A stretch of DNA of 64,000 nt from contig NC_086097.1 in NCBI RefSeq assembly GCF_963921235.1, positions 143,966,001-144,030,000 of the forward strand, in the 5' to 3' direction. This document shows positions 63,397-64,000 of this stretch, piece after piece. The notes below the pieces were generated by a model. It saw nothing but the letters and a program-made list of their open reading frames with translations, was not told where the DNA came from and searched no databases. This DNA comes from Mobula hypostoma (taxonomy: Eukaryota). Position 1 is the first letter of the stretch. Each line of letters opens with the position of its first letter. A program made the translations under genes and the position numbers.

Positions 63397-64000
63397 GATA
63401 GCATGTATACAGAGATTGCATGTATGTGCAGAAAGTGACGCTAGGCACAGGAGTGCTTGTACATAAAGTGACTCTGACAGGAAACGATGAAGAGGTGGTG
63501 GAGGGGCTGTGAAGGGGTGGGTTAACGGAAGGAGGTGGCGATCAGCCTTACTGCTTGCGGAAAGTAACTGTTTTTAAGGCTGGTGGTCCTGGCAAGGTCT
63601 GTTCCCTGATGGGAGTGGGACAGTCTATGGGCAGGCTTGGTGGGATCCTTCAAGACGTTAATGACCTTGAGAACTTCAAGTTCATTAAACACACAGAAGT
63701 GGTGAATAAAGCCCACCATTTCACAAAAATACCCATCACCTTCCCCAGCAGACACCTGTTTACTATTTCAGAAATAATTTCAGACCTCAGAATCCAAAGA
63801 ACTGGAGTGACAAATTATCCTAAATATAATAATTAATTCTTAAAATGGCAATGCATTGACCCAAGAAATGTAAGGAGACAAGAGTGTTTCAGACGCAGGC
63901 AATCAAATATGAATTTGTTACATTATCTCTCAGTTGGAAGACTGTGACGCAGAGGAGGTTTTATCATGATGGAGAGTGGGGACTAGCAACTTCTGTGAGA

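Overview
Repeat-dense vertebrate genomic DNA. The repeat spectrum (CR1 LINEs, HE1/V-SINE-like SINEs, Rex/Babar, Penelope-derived repeats) suggests a cartilaginous fish, probably a ray (inference). There is one intact host gene: a minus-strand CDK5 activator (p35/CDK5R1-like, CDS 38887-39795) with a 5'-UTR intron and a long, TE-free 3' UTR. The most notable unannotated content is a degraded ~10 kb endogenous foamy virus (spumavirus-like provirus, minus strand, ~18560-28480). It shows recognisable foamy Gag, protease, RT-connection, RNase H and integrase motifs, a tRNA-Lys1,2 primer-binding site and two long LTR remnants. The window also has Penelope-derived repeats carrying minimal hammerhead ribozyme cores, one of which forms a perfect 63-bp palindrome with a 14-bp target-site duplication (TSD). 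Other content includes nested Gypsy/CR1/Penelope insertions, a Hero-type RLE LINE fragment, and Tc1, Tigger and Harbinger DNA transposons. Protein comparisons were made by eye against family motifs recalled from memory, and no database search was run. Repeat boundaries are approximate unless a TSD is quoted.
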